Assembly (NCBI GenBank): GCA_963205435.1
Contig: CAUJIV010000049.1
Coordinates: 7,932 to 71,931, forward strand
Source: Pseudomonadota bacterium
Lineage (GTDB): Bacteria > Pseudomonadota > Gammaproteobacteria > Burkholderiales > Rhodocyclaceae
DNA length: 64,000 bases
Reading direction: 5' to 3'
Each line of letters begins with the position of its first letter. Within the stretch, counting starts at the first letter, position 1. The translations under genes were made by a program, and so were the position numbers. Shown here in pieces: positions 23,785 through 35,971 of this stretch. A model generated the notes under the pieces. That model searched no databases and was not told the origin of the DNA. It saw only the letters and a list, made by a program, of their open reading frames with translations.

Positions 23785-24601
23785 GGGGCCTCCTTAGCCA
23801 CAGCCGGCTCGTCCAGCGCGGCGCGGATGCCGCGCAGGAACGCCGTGACATTGGCGGCGGCCTGGCCGGGCGGGCTCGCCTCGATCTCCTCGATGACGCG
23901 GCTGCCGATCACCACGCCGTCGGCGACGACGGCGATGCGCCGAGCGCTGGCGGCGTCGCGGATGCCGAAGCCGACGGCGACCGGCAGGCCGGCCCGGGCG
24001 CGGATCGCCGGAACGCGCCGCGCCACCTCGTCGAGATCGAGGTGGCCGGCGCCGGTGACGCCCTTCAGCGACACGTAGTAAATGTAGCCGCTGCCGGCGG
24101 CGGCGACCTGGCCGACGCGCGCCTCGGTCGAAGTCGGCGCCAGCAGGAAGATCTGGTCGACGCCGGCGGCCTTCAGCGCGCCGGTGAAGCCGGCGCATTC
24201 CTCGGGCGGGTAGTCTACCACCAGCACGCCGTCCACCCCCGCCTCGCGCGCCGCAGCGGCGAATGCGCCGGTGCCCATCGCCTCGACCGGATTGGCATAG
24301 CCCATGAGGACGACCGGCGTGCGCGCATCCTCGGCACGGAACTCGCGCACCAGCGTCAGCGTCCGCCGCAGGCTCATGCCCTGGCGCAGCGCCCGCTCGG
24401 AGGCGCGCTGGACGGTCGGCCCGTCGGCCATCGGATCGGAAAAGGGCACGCCCAGCTCGATGATGTCGGCGCCGCCCGCGACCAGCGCGCGCATCAGCGG
24501 CAGCGTCAGCGCCGGCTCGGGGAAGCCGGCGGTCAGGAAGGGAATCAGCGCCTTCCTGTCGCGCGCAGCGAGCTGCCCGAAGGTTTCCCCGAGGCGCGAC
24601 A

Positions 24602-24602
<1 letters not shown>
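23781..24602 (-). CDS. trpA: Tryptophan synthase alpha chain
   Basis: [32 protein letters not shown]. Confidence 0.98.
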
Positions 24603-25778
<1,176 letters not shown>

Positions 25779-25801
<23 letters not shown>

Positions 25802-26414
25802 CTCTTGCTCCGGCTATGAAGGCCGCCATCCTGGCGGCATCCTTGATTCCCTTGGCCGACTCGACGCCGCTGCTGACATCCACCGCCCAGGGCCGCAGGC
25901 GGCCGATCGCATCGGCGACATTGCCAGGATCCAGCCCGCCGGAAAGGATCAATGGCAACGGCAGTTGGCGCGGCACCAGGTTCCAGTCGAAAGGCTTGCC
26001 GCCGCCGCCGTAGCCCTCGCTCCAGGCGTCGAGCAGCAGGCCCTGCGCGCCGGGAAAGGAAGCGGCGTATTCTAGCAAATCGAGGCCCGGCTTCACTCGC
26101 GCCGCCTTGATGTAAGGCGCGTGGAACGAGCGGCAATAGGATTCCTCCTCTTCGCCATGAAACTGCAGCAGCTGGATCGGCAGCGCCTCGAGGGCGCGCC
26201 GCACCGCCAGCTTGCTCTCATTGACGAAGAGGCCGACCAGGGTGATGAAAGGCGGCACGACGCGGGCGATCTGCCAGGCCTGCTCGATGCTGACGCGGCG
26301 CGGGCTTGCTTCGTAGAACACCAGGCCGATGGCGTCGGCGCCCAGCTCGACCGCGGCGCGGGCATCCTCGGGGCGGGTGATGCCGCAGATCTTGATGCGG
26401 GTTCGCTGTTTCAT
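25779..26414 (-). CDS. trpF: Phosphoribosylanthranilate isomerase
   Basis: KICGIT, QFHG, LSGGL, DVSSGVE. Confidence 0.97.
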
Positions 26415-26421
26415 GTCTTTT

Positions 26422-27219
26422 TCATGCCGGGTCGAGCGGATCGAAAGGGGCGACGACGCGGCCGTCCCGCGGCAGCTGCCAGCGCGCCTCGTATTCGACG
26501 GCGGAAAGATACAGCCCGTGCGGCGGGAAGGTCGGCGCAGCGAGGCTGCGGTCGCGACCGGCGATCAGCTCGGCGATCCATTCGGGTGGATGGGCGCCCT
26601 TGCCGACGTAGACCAGCGCGCCGACCATGTTGCGCACCATGTGGTGGAGGAAGGCGTTGGCGCGGAAGTCGAAAAGGACGCAGTCGCCCCTGCGCGTCAC
26701 CTCGGCCCGCTGCAGCAGCCTGACCGGCGTCGCCGCCTCGCACTCGGCCGCGCGAAAGGCGCTGAAATCCCGCTCGCCGAGCAGCTGCGCGGCGCCCGCC
26801 CGCATGGCGTCGACATCGAGCGGCAGGTGGAACCAGCCGACGCGGCCGTCGAGCAGCGCCGGCCGCACGGCATGGTTGTAGAGAACGTAGCGGTAGCTGC
26901 GCGAACGCGCGGAAAAACGCGCATGGAATTCGTCCGCCACCGGGCGCGACCAGCGCACGGCGATGCGTCCGGGCAGGTGCGCATTGACGCCGCGCACCCA
27001 GGCGTTGGTCGGCCGCGCGGCCGGTGCGTCGAAATGCACGACCTGGGCCAGCGCATGGACGCCGGCGTCGGTGCGCCCGGCGCAATGCGCGCGCACGGCG
27101 GCGCCGGCGATCTCGGACAAGGCGCGCTCCAGCGCGTCCTGCACCGTGTTGCCCTGCGGCTGGCTCTGCCAGCCGCAGAAGCCGGAGCCATCGTATTCGA
27201 GGCCCAGTGCGATCCTCAT
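26422..27219 (-). CDS. truA: tRNA pseudouridine(38-40) synthase
   Basis: EYDGSGFCGWQ, AGRTDAGVHA, FLHHMVRN. Confidence 0.97.
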   Translation of the reverse strand: MRIALGLEYDGSGFCGWQSQPQGNTVQDALERALSEIAGAAVRAHCAGRTDAGVHALAQVVHFDAPAARPTNAWVRGVNAHLPGRIAVRWSRPVADEFHARFSARSRSYRYVLYNHAVRPALLDGRVGWFHLPLDVDAMRAGAAQLLGERDFSAFRAAECEAATPVRLLQRAEVTRRGDCVLFDFRANAFLHHMVRNMVGALVYVGKGAHPPEWIAELIAGRDRSLAAPTFPPHGLYLSAVEYEARWQLPRDGRVVAPFDPLDPA

Positions 27220-27824
27220 CGGCAGGCCTCGAAGCAAGTTACCGCGGCCACTGCCAAGCCGGCGAGGACGGCGAGGTCGACGCTGCCCACGGCGGCCGGC
27301 TGCAGGCGCAGGCGCATCGGGCCGGCCTCGGCCTGCTCGCCCTCCAGCCACTCGCGCCAATGGCGCCCCGGCGGCGCCTGCTCGACGTAGTGCAGGACCA
27401 GCAGAAGCCGTACCGCCATGCGGCCACGGTCGAAACCGAACCAGGCGAAAGGCCGCATCAGGCCGTGCAGGCCGGCGACGAGGCCTTCAACGCCGCTCCG
27501 CTGTAGAACGACCGCCAGGCTGGCGATGACGAAAACCAGGCGCAGCAGGTGCTCCAGGCCTTGTCGCAGCCCTTCCGCTGTCGGGCCTAGCCTGCCGAGG
27601 GCCGGGATCAGATAGACGCCCGGCGTGGCGAGGGCGAAGAGCAGCACGAGGGAAAGGATCAGCCAGCGGGTGCGCCTGAGCAGCAGCCCAAGGCGCTGCG
27701 GAGCAAGGATGAGAGCGATCAGGATGACGGCGGCGCAAGCCAGGGCCAGGTGCAAGGACGGCAGAAACTGGACCATCGCCGCCATCACGCCCCAGGCAAC
27801 GAGGCGGACGGTCGGGTGAAGCAT
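27216..27824 (-). CDS. CbiQ/ECF transporter T-component-like membrane protein
   Basis: MLHP start, LLRRTRWL, AVRLLLVL; usual position between fimV and truA. Confidence 0.7.
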   Translation of the reverse strand: MLHPTVRLVAWGVMAAMVQFLPSLHLALACAAVILIALILAPQRLGLLLRRTRWLILSLVLLFALATPGVYLIPALGRLGPTAEGLRQGLEHLLRLVFVIASLAVVLQRSGVEGLVAGLHGLMRPFAWFGFDRGRMAVRLLLVLHYVEQAPPGRHWREWLEGEQAEAGPMRLRLQPAAVGSVDLAVLAGLAVAAVTCFEACR

Positions 27825-27869
27825 GGGAAGAAGCGGAGGGGTTGGGGCGACGCGCCCTCCGCTGGCAGC

Positions 27870-30548
27870 TCAGCCCAGCCGGGCCAGCATGGCCTTTGCC
27901 CTGGCCTGCTGCTCGGCACTGCCTTCCCCGGCGATTTCCTTCAGCAGCTCGCGCGCGCCTTCCTTGTCGCCCATTTCCTCGTAGGCCTGCGCCAGTTCCA
28001 GCTTGGTCGCCACTTCCTCGCCTGCATCCCCGGATCCGCCGTGACCCTGGCCGGTGGCGCCAGTTGCAGCAGCGCCCGGCGCGAAAGTCTCGCCCAGATT
28101 GAAGTCGATGTCGGCCAGCTGGGCGGACAGCTGCTCCGCGCCAGCCTTGGCAGCCGCCGCCGGGGCCGTCTGGCTCAGGTCGAGATCGAGATGCGGCGTC
28201 TCGCTGGCGGCGAGTTCCGGCTCGTCGAGCTTGAAGTCGATGCCCAGATCTGCGGCTGGCGTTGCCGGCTCCTTGGTTTGATTCACGACCATCGTCGCAT
28301 CGGGATCGAAGCTGGTTCGGGCGGCCGAAGAGGTCAGATCGGTATCGAGGTTGAAATCCAGCGTGGCCGGCGCCCCCCCCGGCGCAGCCTTGGCCGGCGC
28401 GGCCGTTTCTCCCAGATCCAGGTCGAAATCGATGACTGGCGCCTCGGCAAACGATTCTGCTGTCGGCGCGACCAAATCCTCCAGGCCGACGGTCGGCGGG
28501 CCGCCCCGCTCCACCGCTTCGGAAATCTGGCTCAGCTCGCCAGGCATGGTCCAGGTGTCGCGCATCTTCTTTTCACCGGCGGGTGCGCCAGCGCCGGCAT
28601 CCGCCGAAACCGCCGCCTTCTCGCCGGCAGCGGCGCCGCCGTAGAGCGGATTGGCCGGATCGAGCTTGAGCCCCATGGCTGCGGCCTTCTCCCAATCCGG
28701 GCCGCTGCCGCCGGTCTGGCTGTACAGGTCGCTTGCCAGGGCCTCGAACTGCTTGTTGCTCTTGCGGCCGGCATAGATCTCCAGCAGCTTGACATGGATC
28801 GCCGTGCGGGCCGGGTCGGACTTCAAGGCGTCGAGCAGGATTTCCTCGGCCTGCGCATCGCGGCCGTAGGCCATATACACATCCGCCTCGGCCACCGGAT
28901 CGACGCCTTCGTCGGTGTCGATGGCACTGATCGATGCCTGGCTGAAATCCGTCGTCACCGAACTGCCCGAGGTGACGACGCGCTGGCCGCTCGTGACGCC
29001 ATAAACGGAGTTCGAAGCCACGTTCGCCGCCGCGGTCGAGGGCATCTCGCTGGCGTCGACGGTCTTAGCGCCCTGCCGGCGACGGTAGGCGAGTAGGCCG
29101 AGCAGCAGGAGCGCGATCGCGCCGCCGCCGAGGATCGCAGGATTGCCGGTCAACTCCTCGAGGAAACCAGGCTCTGGAGCGGGCGCTGGCGCTGGCGGTG
29201 CGCTCGACGGCGCCGCAGCCTGCCCGGGCGCCGGCTTTTCGGTTTCGGCCGGCTGCGCCGCCGCTGCCGGCGGCACTTCGGCCGGCTTGTCCGCCGCAGC
29301 AGGCGCCTCGGCCGGCTTGTCCGTGGAAGGCGATGCCGCTGCGGCAGGCGTCTCGGGCTTGGCCGGCTCGGCGGAGGGCGGCGGCATTGCCGGGGCCGGC
29401 GCCGCCTTGGCCGCGGCCTGCTGCTGCAGCTCGGCCAGACTCTGGTTTTTCAGCTCGACCAGCTTCTGCAGTTCCTGCACATTCTTTTCAAGTTCGGCCT
29501 GGCGCGACTGCGCTTCCTTCAAGGCCTTGTCTTTCGTGACAAGATCTTCCTCGAGCGCGGCGATCCTGCCTTGCGCGCTGCGTTCGCCCTTGCCGGATTC
29601 CGCCTTCGACACGCGCAGCTGGTCCTTGGCCTCGGCTGGCGCCGCCGCCTTCTCCTCGACCTTGGCGGCGATCTTGCCCGTCGCCAGTTGCTGCGCGGCC
29701 TCCTCCTTCGGCGCCTGACTGCTGGCAGCCGCGGCGGCAAGCCTTTGCCGGTAGGCGTTGAAATCGGCGGTTTGAGCGAATACGACCTTGCGCGCTTCCT
29801 TTGCGTCAATGGCGGCGACCGCGTCGCGATCGGGGATGGTGAGGATCTTGCCCGCCTTCAGGCGATTCATGTTGCCGCCGATGAATGCGTCCTGATTGCT
29901 GCGGAAGAGCGCGACCAGCATCTGGTCGAGGCTGACGCCTTCAGGGCGGGTTTCAGCCGCGATCTTGCGCAGATAGTCCCCTTTCTGGACCTGGCGACCC
30001 GAGGAATCGGTTGTCGCGCCTGCCTTCGGCTTCTGCGCTCCGCCTGCAGCGCCGGCAACCGGAGCCGGCGCCGCCTGGGCGATTGCGGCGTCACCGCGCT
30101 CACCGCCCGGCGCTGCCACGGGCTTGCGCGCCAGCACCTCGGGCGCCGGATCGAGCAGGAAGGTGTATTCGCGGACCAGGCGCCCGGCCATCCAGTTCAC
30201 TTCGACCAGCAGGCCGAGGAAGGGCTCGTTTACCGGACGGGTCGTCGTCATGCGGATGACGTGCTTGCCTCCGCTCCGCCGGTCGATGGCGACCTTGACA
30301 TCGGCGAGAACCGGGGCGAACTCGATGCCTTCCTGGCGAAATGTCTCGCTCGATGCGAGCCGGGCCGTCAAGGTAGCCATCTCGTCGCGCGAGGCCGTCA
30401 GTTCGATCTCGGCACGCAGCGGTTGTCCCAGTGCGGAGAGCACGGATATGCGCCCGAGGCCCGCGGCATTTGCGCCTGGCGGTAACGCGGCCAAAGCCGC
30501 CGCCAGCAGGGAGGTCTTCAATGACAGATTCAGAAGGTTTTTATCCAC
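27870..30548 (-). CDS. fimV: FimV/HubP polar landmark protein
   Basis: LGRISVLSALGQPL, LysM-like region with GNMNRL, coiled coil, TM, EADVYMAYGR, C-terminal TKLELAQAY..MGD. Confidence 0.95.
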   Translation of the reverse strand: MDKNLLNLSLKTSLLAAALAALPPGANAAGLGRISVLSALGQPLRAEIELTASRDEMATLTARLASSETFRQEGIEFAPVLADVKVAIDRRSGGKHVIRMTTTRPVNEPFLGLLVEVNWMAGRLVREYTFLLDPAPEVLARKPVAAPGGERGDAAIAQAAPAPVAGAAGGAQKPKAGATTDSSGRQVQKGDYLRKIAAETRPEGVSLDQMLVALFRSNQDAFIGGNMNRLKAGKILTIPDRDAVAAIDAKEARKVVFAQTADFNAYRQRLAAAAASSQAPKEEAAQQLATGKIAAKVEEKAAAPAEAKDQLRVSKAESGKGERSAQGRIAALEEDLVTKDKALKEAQSRQAELEKNVQELQKLVELKNQSLAELQQQAAAKAAPAPAMPPPSAEPAKPETPAAAASPSTDKPAEAPAAADKPAEVPPAAAAQPAETEKPAPGQAAAPSSAPPAPAPAPEPGFLEELTGNPAILGGGAIALLLLGLLAYRRRQGAKTVDASEMPSTAAANVASNSVYGVTSGQRVVTSGSSVTTDFSQASISAIDTDEGVDPVAEADVYMAYGRDAQAEEILLDALKSDPARTAIHVKLLEIYAGRKSNKQFEALASDLYSQTGGSGPDWEKAAAMGLKLDPANPLYGGAAAGEKAAVSADAGAGAPAGEKKMRDTWTMPGELSQISEAVERGGPPTVGLEDLVAPTAESFAEAPVIDFDLDLGETAAPAKAAPGGAPATLDFNLDTDLTSSAARTSFDPDATMVVNQTKEPATPAADLGIDFKLDEPELAASETPHLDLDLSQTAPAAAAKAGAEQLSAQLADIDFNLGETFAPGAAATGATGQGHGGSGDAGEEVATKLELAQAYEEMGDKEGARELLKEIAGEGSAEQQARAKAMLARLG

Positions 30549-30581
30549 CGCGTCACCCTCGCGGAGAGTTTCCGAACAATT

Positions 30582-30610
30582 AACATAACATCATGAGCTT
30601 AGCTATGCAA
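30582..30610 (-). promoter_or_regulatory. Putative sigma70 promoter of fimV
   Basis: Sense TTGCAT-N17-TATGTT in an AT-rich tract. Confidence 0.55.
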
Positions 30611-30745
30611 GCTAATCTTCATTATCGCATTTTGGCCGAATCTGGCGCGGAATCAAGCGTTTTTTGCAGACGGATCAAAGTCCGGGGCCACTGCCCCCCG
30701 AGTCGAACCGCTCGGCCCGAGACCTTCAACCGGTTTTATGCCAGG

Positions 30746-31858
30746 TCAGTTTTCCAGCAATATCCGCAACATGCGCCGCAGGGGCTCGGCCGCCCCCCAC
30801 AGCAGCTGATCGCCGCAGGTGAAGGCGGCCAGGTATTGCGGCCCCATGTTCAGCTTGCGCAATCGCCCGACCGGGACGGACAGGGTGCCGGTGACGGCGG
30901 TCGGCGTCAGTTCGCGCAGGGTGACGTCGCGATGGTTCGGCACCACTTTCACCCAGTCGTTCGATGCGGCGATGATCGCCTCGATCTCGCCGAGCGGAAC
31001 ATCCCTCTTCAGCTTGAGGGTCAGCGCCTGGCTGTGGCAGCGCATGGCGCCGACGCGGACGCAGATGCCGTCGATCGGCACCGGCTTGTCCGCACGACCG
31101 AGGATCTTGTTGCTCTCGGCCTGGCCTTTCCATTCCTCCCGGCTCTGGCCGTTTTCCAGTTCCTTGTCGATCCAGGGGATCAGGCTGCCGGCCAGCGGCA
31201 CGCCGAAGTTCGCCGTCGGAAACCGCTCGTCGCGCAGGATGCCGGCCACCTCGCGGTCGATGTCGAGGATGGCCGAGGCGGGATCGTCGAGCAGTCCCTT
31301 CGCCGCGCGATGCAGCTCGCCCATCTGCGTCAGCAGCTCGCGCATGTTCTTCGCGCCGGCGCCGGAGGCCGCCTGGTAGGTCATGGCGCTCAGCCATTCG
31401 ACCAGGTCATGGCGGAACAGCCCGCCGACCGCCATCAGCATCAGGCTGACGGTGCAGTTGCCGCCAATCCAGTTGCGACCGCCGCGCGCCAGCGCATCCA
31501 TGATGACGTCGCGATTGACCGGATCGAGGATGATCACCGCGTCGTCCTGCATGCGCAGCGCCGAGGCGGCGTCGATCCAGTGGCCGCTCCAGCCGGCACC
31601 GCGCAGCCGGGGGAAGACCTCGGTCGTGTAGTCGCCGCCCTGGCAGGAGACGATGATGTCCATGCCTTTCAGCGCGGCGACGTCGCGCGCGTCCTGCAGC
31701 GGCGGCGTGTCGCGGCCGATGGCCGGCGGCTTGCCGCCGGCCTGGGAGGTGCTGAAGAAGACCGGCTCGATGCCGTCGAAATCCCGCTCCTCCATCATGC
31801 GCTGCATCAGCACCGAGCCGACCATGCCACGCCAGCCCACCAGCCCCACTCGCTTCAT
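30746..31858 (-). CDS. asd: Aspartate-semialdehyde dehydrogenase
   Basis: [29 protein letters not shown]. Confidence 0.98.
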   Translation of the reverse strand: MKRVGLVGWRGMVGSVLMQRMMEERDFDGIEPVFFSTSQAGGKPPAIGRDTPPLQDARDVAALKGMDIIVSCQGGDYTTEVFPRLRGAGWSGHWIDAASALRMQDDAVIILDPVNRDVIMDALARGGRNWIGGNCTVSLMLMAVGGLFRHDLVEWLSAMTYQAASGAGAKNMRELLTQMGELHRAAKGLLDDPASAILDIDREVAGILRDERFPTANFGVPLAGSLIPWIDKELENGQSREEWKGQAESNKILGRADKPVPIDGICVRVGAMRCHSQALTLKLKRDVPLGEIEAIIAASNDWVKVVPNHRDVTLRELTPTAVTGTLSVPVGRLRKLNMGPQYLAAFTCGDQLLWGAAEPLRRMLRILLEN

Positions 31859-31877
31859 GAGAAATTCTCCCGCTTGC

Positions 31878-32951
31878 CTAGTTCGCCGCCCGCAGCGCCG
31901 CGATCACCGCGTCGCCCATTTCCCGAGTGCCGACCTTCTTCATGCCCGCCTCGAAGATGTCGGCGGTGCGCAGTCCCTGCCGCAGCACCTGCTTCACCGC
32001 GCCCTCGACACGGGCCGCGGCCGCCTCCTGGCCGAAGGTGTAGCGCAGCATCATCGCCGTCGAGAGGATGGTCGCCAATGGATTGGCCACGCCCTGGCCG
32101 GCAATGTCCGGCGCCGAGCCATGGATCGGCTCGTAGAGGCCCTTGCCCTTCTCGTCGAGCGAGGCCGAGGGCAGCATGCCGATGGAACCGGTCAGCATCG
32201 AGGCCTCGTCGGAGAGGATGTCGCCGAACATGTTGCCGGTCACCATGACGTCGAACTGCTTCGGGTTGCGCACCAACTGCATGGCGGCATTGTCCACCAG
32301 CATGTGTGACAGCTCGACGTCGGGATGGTTCTTCGCCTCGTCCGTCACCACGTCGCGCCACAGCTGGGTGCATTCCAGCACGTTCATCTTGTCCACCGAG
32401 CACAGCCGGCGCGAGCGCTTGCGCGCCGCCTCGAAGGAAACGCGCGCGATGCGGCGGATCTCGCTCTCCGAGTAGATCATGGTGTTGATGCCGACCCTCT
32501 CGCCGCCGCGGGTCTCGATGCCGCGCGGCTCGCCGAAATAGATGTCGCCGGTCAGTTCGCGCACGATGAGGATGTCCAGCCCCACCACCACCTCGGGCTT
32601 GAGGCTGGAAGCGTTGGCGAGCTCGGGGTAGAGCACCGCCGGCCGCAGGTTGGCGAACAGGCCGAGGTCCTTGCGGATGCCGAGCAGGCCGCGCTCCGGC
32701 CGCTGTTCGCGCGGAAGCGTGTCGTAGCGCGGGCCGCCGACGGCGCCGAGCAGCACGGCGTCGGCGGCGCGCGCCAACCGGCGCGTCTCCTCCGGATAGG
32801 GATCGCCCGCCGCATCGACGGCGCAGCCGCCGAGCAGGGCCGTCTCCATCTCGAGCCGGATGCCGTCGCCGCGCAGCGCCTCGAGCACGCGCACGGCCTC
32901 GCCGACGATTTCCGGGCCGATGCCGTCACCGGGCAGGACGCAGACCTTCAT
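31878..32951 (-). CDS. leuB: 3-isopropylmalate dehydrogenase
   Basis: [30 protein letters not shown]. Confidence 0.98.
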   Translation of the reverse strand: MKVCVLPGDGIGPEIVGEAVRVLEALRGDGIRLEMETALLGGCAVDAAGDPYPEETRRLARAADAVLLGAVGGPRYDTLPREQRPERGLLGIRKDLGLFANLRPAVLYPELANASSLKPEVVVGLDILIVRELTGDIYFGEPRGIETRGGERVGINTMIYSESEIRRIARVSFEAARKRSRRLCSVDKMNVLECTQLWRDVVTDEAKNHPDVELSHMLVDNAAMQLVRNPKQFDVMVTGNMFGDILSDEASMLTGSIGMLPSASLDEKGKGLYEPIHGSAPDIAGQGVANPLATILSTAMMLRYTFGQEAAAARVEGAVKQVLRQGLRTADIFEAGMKKVGTREMGDAVIAALRAAN

Positions 32952-33008
32952 TCGATTCCTTTCACTTGCAAAAAGACGCAGCCGGTCTTCGCGGCGGCCG
33001 CGGCGCGC

Positions 33009-33137
33009 CTATTTGGCAGCCTTCTCGACGGCCTTGCCGCCGGCCTGGATGTCCTTGCCCACGCCCTGCACCGTGTTGCAGGCGGCCAGCCCGAGGGCGG
33101 CCAGCAGGGCGAGCAGGAGGAGAGTCCATCGCTTCAT
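33009..33137 (-). CDS. Entericidin A/B family lipoprotein (42 aa)
   Basis: MKRWTLLLLALLAALGLAACNTVQGVGKDIQAGGKAVEKAAK has the CNTxxGxGxD signature. Confidence 0.93.
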   Translation of the reverse strand: MKRWTLLLLALLAALGLAACNTVQGVGKDIQAGGKAVEKAAK

Positions 33138-33376
33138 GATTCCATCCTTGCAGAAACGGATTCGCTGGATCGCGGATCGACGAAAGCACCGAGAAACACG
33201 CGGCGGCAGCGAACCGCCCGGGGAAAATCTGCGCGGCCTTCCCAATGCAATGCCATGAAAAGCACGTGAATTATATCGAATCCCGCCATTCGCCGCCGCA
33301 GCGCGGCACACGCATGCGGATGGCATGTCGAGGCCGGCCTGGCGCTGCGCGCCGACATCGTGGCTGCGCAACAGGC

Positions 33377-34528
33377 TCAGCCTGCCGCGGCAGGCACCGG
33401 CTTGCGCCAGCCCTGCCAGAGCACCAGCAGGCCGGCGAGCGCGAAGGCCGAAGCCAGGGTGAAGGTCGTCTGGGCGCCCCAGGCCTCCCAGGTCCAGCCG
33501 CTGAGCACGCCGCCGAGCATGCCACCGGCGCCGAAGGCAATGCTGCCGTACAGCGCCTGGCCGCGCGACTGGTGGCGGCCGGCGAACCAGCGGTTGACCG
33601 CCGCCACGGCGGCCGCGTGATAGGCGGCGAAGGTCGCCGCGTGCAGCAGTTGCGCGATGACCAGCAGCGTCAGCCATGCAACGCCCCAGCCGATCAGGAG
33701 GAAGCGCGCGACCGCGCAGGCCAGGCTGAACAGCAGCATGCCGCGCAGGGAATAGCGCAGGAGCAGGCGCGGCAGGAGCAGGAACACGGCGATCTCCGCC
33801 AATACGCCCGCCGTCCACAGGAGGCCGACCGTCGCCTTGCCGTAGCCCTGGCCGACGAGGAAGATGGAAAAGAACACGTAGAGCGCGCCATGCGCCGCCG
33901 ACATGAAGAAGCTGGCGGCGAACAGCGCCTTGACCTCGCGCCGGCGCAGGATGCCGGTGATCGGCAGCCGGTCCGACGCGTGCCGCTCCTGCCGCCGGTC
34001 CGGCAGGGCCAGCGCGCTGGCGAGGATGCCGCCGAGCAGCGCCAGCGACACCCACAGCGTCGCCGACAATGGCAGGCGGTCGAGCAGCCAGCCGAGGCCG
34101 AGCACGGCGACGATGAAGCCGACCGAGCCCCACAGGCGGATGGCGCCGTAGCGGCTGGCCCGCGCGCCGAGATGGGAGAAGGTCAGCGCCTCGACCAGCG
34201 GCAGCGCCGCGCTCCAGAAGAAGGACAGCAGCGCCATGCCGAAGAAATGGCCGGCGAAGCCGCTAGCGAAGAAGAAGCAGGAGAAGCCGAGCAGGCTGAA
34301 CAGCGCCGAGGCGCGCACGATCGGCGCCCTGGCGCCGCTGCGGTCGGCGAGCCAGCCCCACAGGGCGGGCGCCGCCACGCGCATGACCTGCATCAGCGAC
34401 ATCAGCACGCCGATGTCCCAGGCGCTGAAGCGGCGCGCTTCGAGGTAGAGCGTGAAGTAGGGAAAGAACGCGCCGATGAAGGCGAAGTAGAAGAAGTAGT
34501 AGGCCGACAGGCGCCAGTAGGGAAGCAT
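33377..34528 (-). CDS. MFS transporter
   Basis: About 12 hydrophobic segments; WGWLADR and YGAIRLWGSVGF motifs. Confidence 0.9.
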   Translation of the reverse strand: MLPYWRLSAYYFFYFAFIGAFFPYFTLYLEARRFSAWDIGVLMSLMQVMRVAAPALWGWLADRSGARAPIVRASALFSLLGFSCFFFASGFAGHFFGMALLSFFWSAALPLVEALTFSHLGARASRYGAIRLWGSVGFIVAVLGLGWLLDRLPLSATLWVSLALLGGILASALALPDRRQERHASDRLPITGILRRREVKALFAASFFMSAAHGALYVFFSIFLVGQGYGKATVGLLWTAGVLAEIAVFLLLPRLLLRYSLRGMLLFSLACAVARFLLIGWGVAWLTLLVIAQLLHAATFAAYHAAAVAAVNRWFAGRHQSRGQALYGSIAFGAGGMLGGVLSGWTWEAWGAQTTFTLASAFALAGLLVLWQGWRKPVPAAAG

Positions 34529-34582
34529 GCGGGGGAATGCCGGCCGGGCGCGCCGCTTGCGGTCCCGCGCCGGGCCGCGGAA

Positions 34583-35737
34583 TCAGGCCTCGTCGGGCTC
34601 GGGATCGTCCACCGCGCGGCCGGGCGCGTCCGGCGACGGCGGCGCCTGCGCGGCAATCGCCGGCGTCGGGCAGCGCACGTCGCCGCATTGGGCGCGGTGG
34701 CGCAGCGCATGGTCGATCAGCACCAGGGCTAGCATGGCCTCGGCCACCGGCGTGGCGCGGATCGCCACGCAGGGATCGTGGCGGCCGTGGGTGCTCAGCG
34801 TGACCGGCCGCCCCTGGAGGTCGATCGAGCGGCGCGGCAGGCGGATGCTGGAGGTCGGCTTGACGGCGATGCGCACGACGATGTCCTGGCCGCTGGCGAT
34901 GCCGCCGAGGGTGCCGCCGGCGTTGTTGGAGAGGAAGCCGGCCGGCGTCAGTTCGTCCGAATGCTCCGTGCCTTTCTGCGTGACGGCGGCGAAGCCGGCG
35001 CCGATCTCGACGCCCTTCACGGCGTTGATGCCCATCATGGCGTAGGCGATGTCAGCATCGAGGCGGTCATACACCGGCTCGCCCCAGCCGGCCGGGACGT
35101 TCTGCGCCACCACGGTGACCAGCCCGCCGGCCGAGTCGCCCGACTTGCGCAGCGCGTCCATGTAGCGCTCGAGCCCGGCGACGCTGTCCGGATCGGCGAC
35201 GAAGAAGGGGTTGTCGTAGACGCCGTCCCAGGACTTGAAGGCGATGGCGTGCGGGCCGAGCTGCGACAGGCAGGCGCGAATGACGATGCCGTGGTGCTGG
35301 CGCAGCCATTTGCGCGCGACGGCGCCGGCGGCCACCCGCACCGCCGTCTCGCGCGCCGAGGCGCGGCCGCCGCCGCGGTAGTCGCGGATGCCGTACTTCT
35401 GCCAGTAGGTGTAGTCGGCGTGGCCCGGGCGGAAGGTCTCGGCGATGTTGCCGTAGTCGCGGCTGCGCTGGTCGACGTTGCGGATCAGCAGCGCGATCGG
35501 CGTGCCGGTGGTGCGTCCCTCGAAGACGCCGGAGAGGATCTCGACGGCGTCGGGCTCGCGCCGCTGCGTGACATGGCGCGAGGTGCCGGGCTTGCGCCGG
35601 TCGAGCTCGGCCTGGATGTCGGCCTCGGCCAACTCCAGCCCGGGCGGGCAGCCGTCGACGACGCAGCCGATGGCCGGGCCGTGCGACTCGCCGAAGGAGG
35701 TGACGCAGAACAGCTTGCCGAGGGTGTTGCCGGACAT
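34583..35737 (-). CDS. aroC: Chorismate synthase
   Basis: [28 protein letters not shown]. Confidence 0.98.
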   Translation of the reverse strand: MSGNTLGKLFCVTSFGESHGPAIGCVVDGCPPGLELAEADIQAELDRRKPGTSRHVTQRREPDAVEILSGVFEGRTTGTPIALLIRNVDQRSRDYGNIAETFRPGHADYTYWQKYGIRDYRGGGRASARETAVRVAAGAVARKWLRQHHGIVIRACLSQLGPHAIAFKSWDGVYDNPFFVADPDSVAGLERYMDALRKSGDSAGGLVTVVAQNVPAGWGEPVYDRLDADIAYAMMGINAVKGVEIGAGFAAVTQKGTEHSDELTPAGFLSNNAGGTLGGIASGQDIVVRIAVKPTSSIRLPRRSIDLQGRPVTLSTHGRHDPCVAIRATPVAEAMLALVLIDHALRHRAQCGDVRCPTPAIAAQAPPSPDAPGRAVDDPEPDEA

Positions 35738-35803
35738 GGGAAGGGCTGGTGACGTTTTCGCCGCAAGTCTATCATGGCGGCGTCACGACATTTTCCGCCC
35801 GCC

Positions 35804-35953
35804 ATGGACAAGAAGCCGCCGCGACGCAAGTCCGCCAAGGCATCGCCGGCGCGCGCGCCAACGCCGCCAGCCTCGATCGAAGCCGCCGCGCGCTGGCGGC
35901 GCAGCCAGCGCTACGTCTGGGACAAGGGCGGCGCCCGGGGCGGGCGCCGCTAG
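35804..35953 (+). CDS. Candidate small basic protein (49 aa)
   Basis: MDKKPPRRKSAKASPARAPTPPASIEAAARWRRSQRYVWDKGGARGGRR; fills the aroC-fadD gap with host-like codons. Confidence 0.35.
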   Translation: MDKKPPRRKSAKASPARAPTPPASIEAAARWRRSQRYVWDKGGARGGRR

Positions 35954-35971
35954 GCTGAACGACGGCGAGCG

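Noticed and set aside
30611-30633. Fur box upstream of fimV (GATAATGAAG on the minus strand)
   Set aside because: Only about 12/19 match and no convincing dyad.
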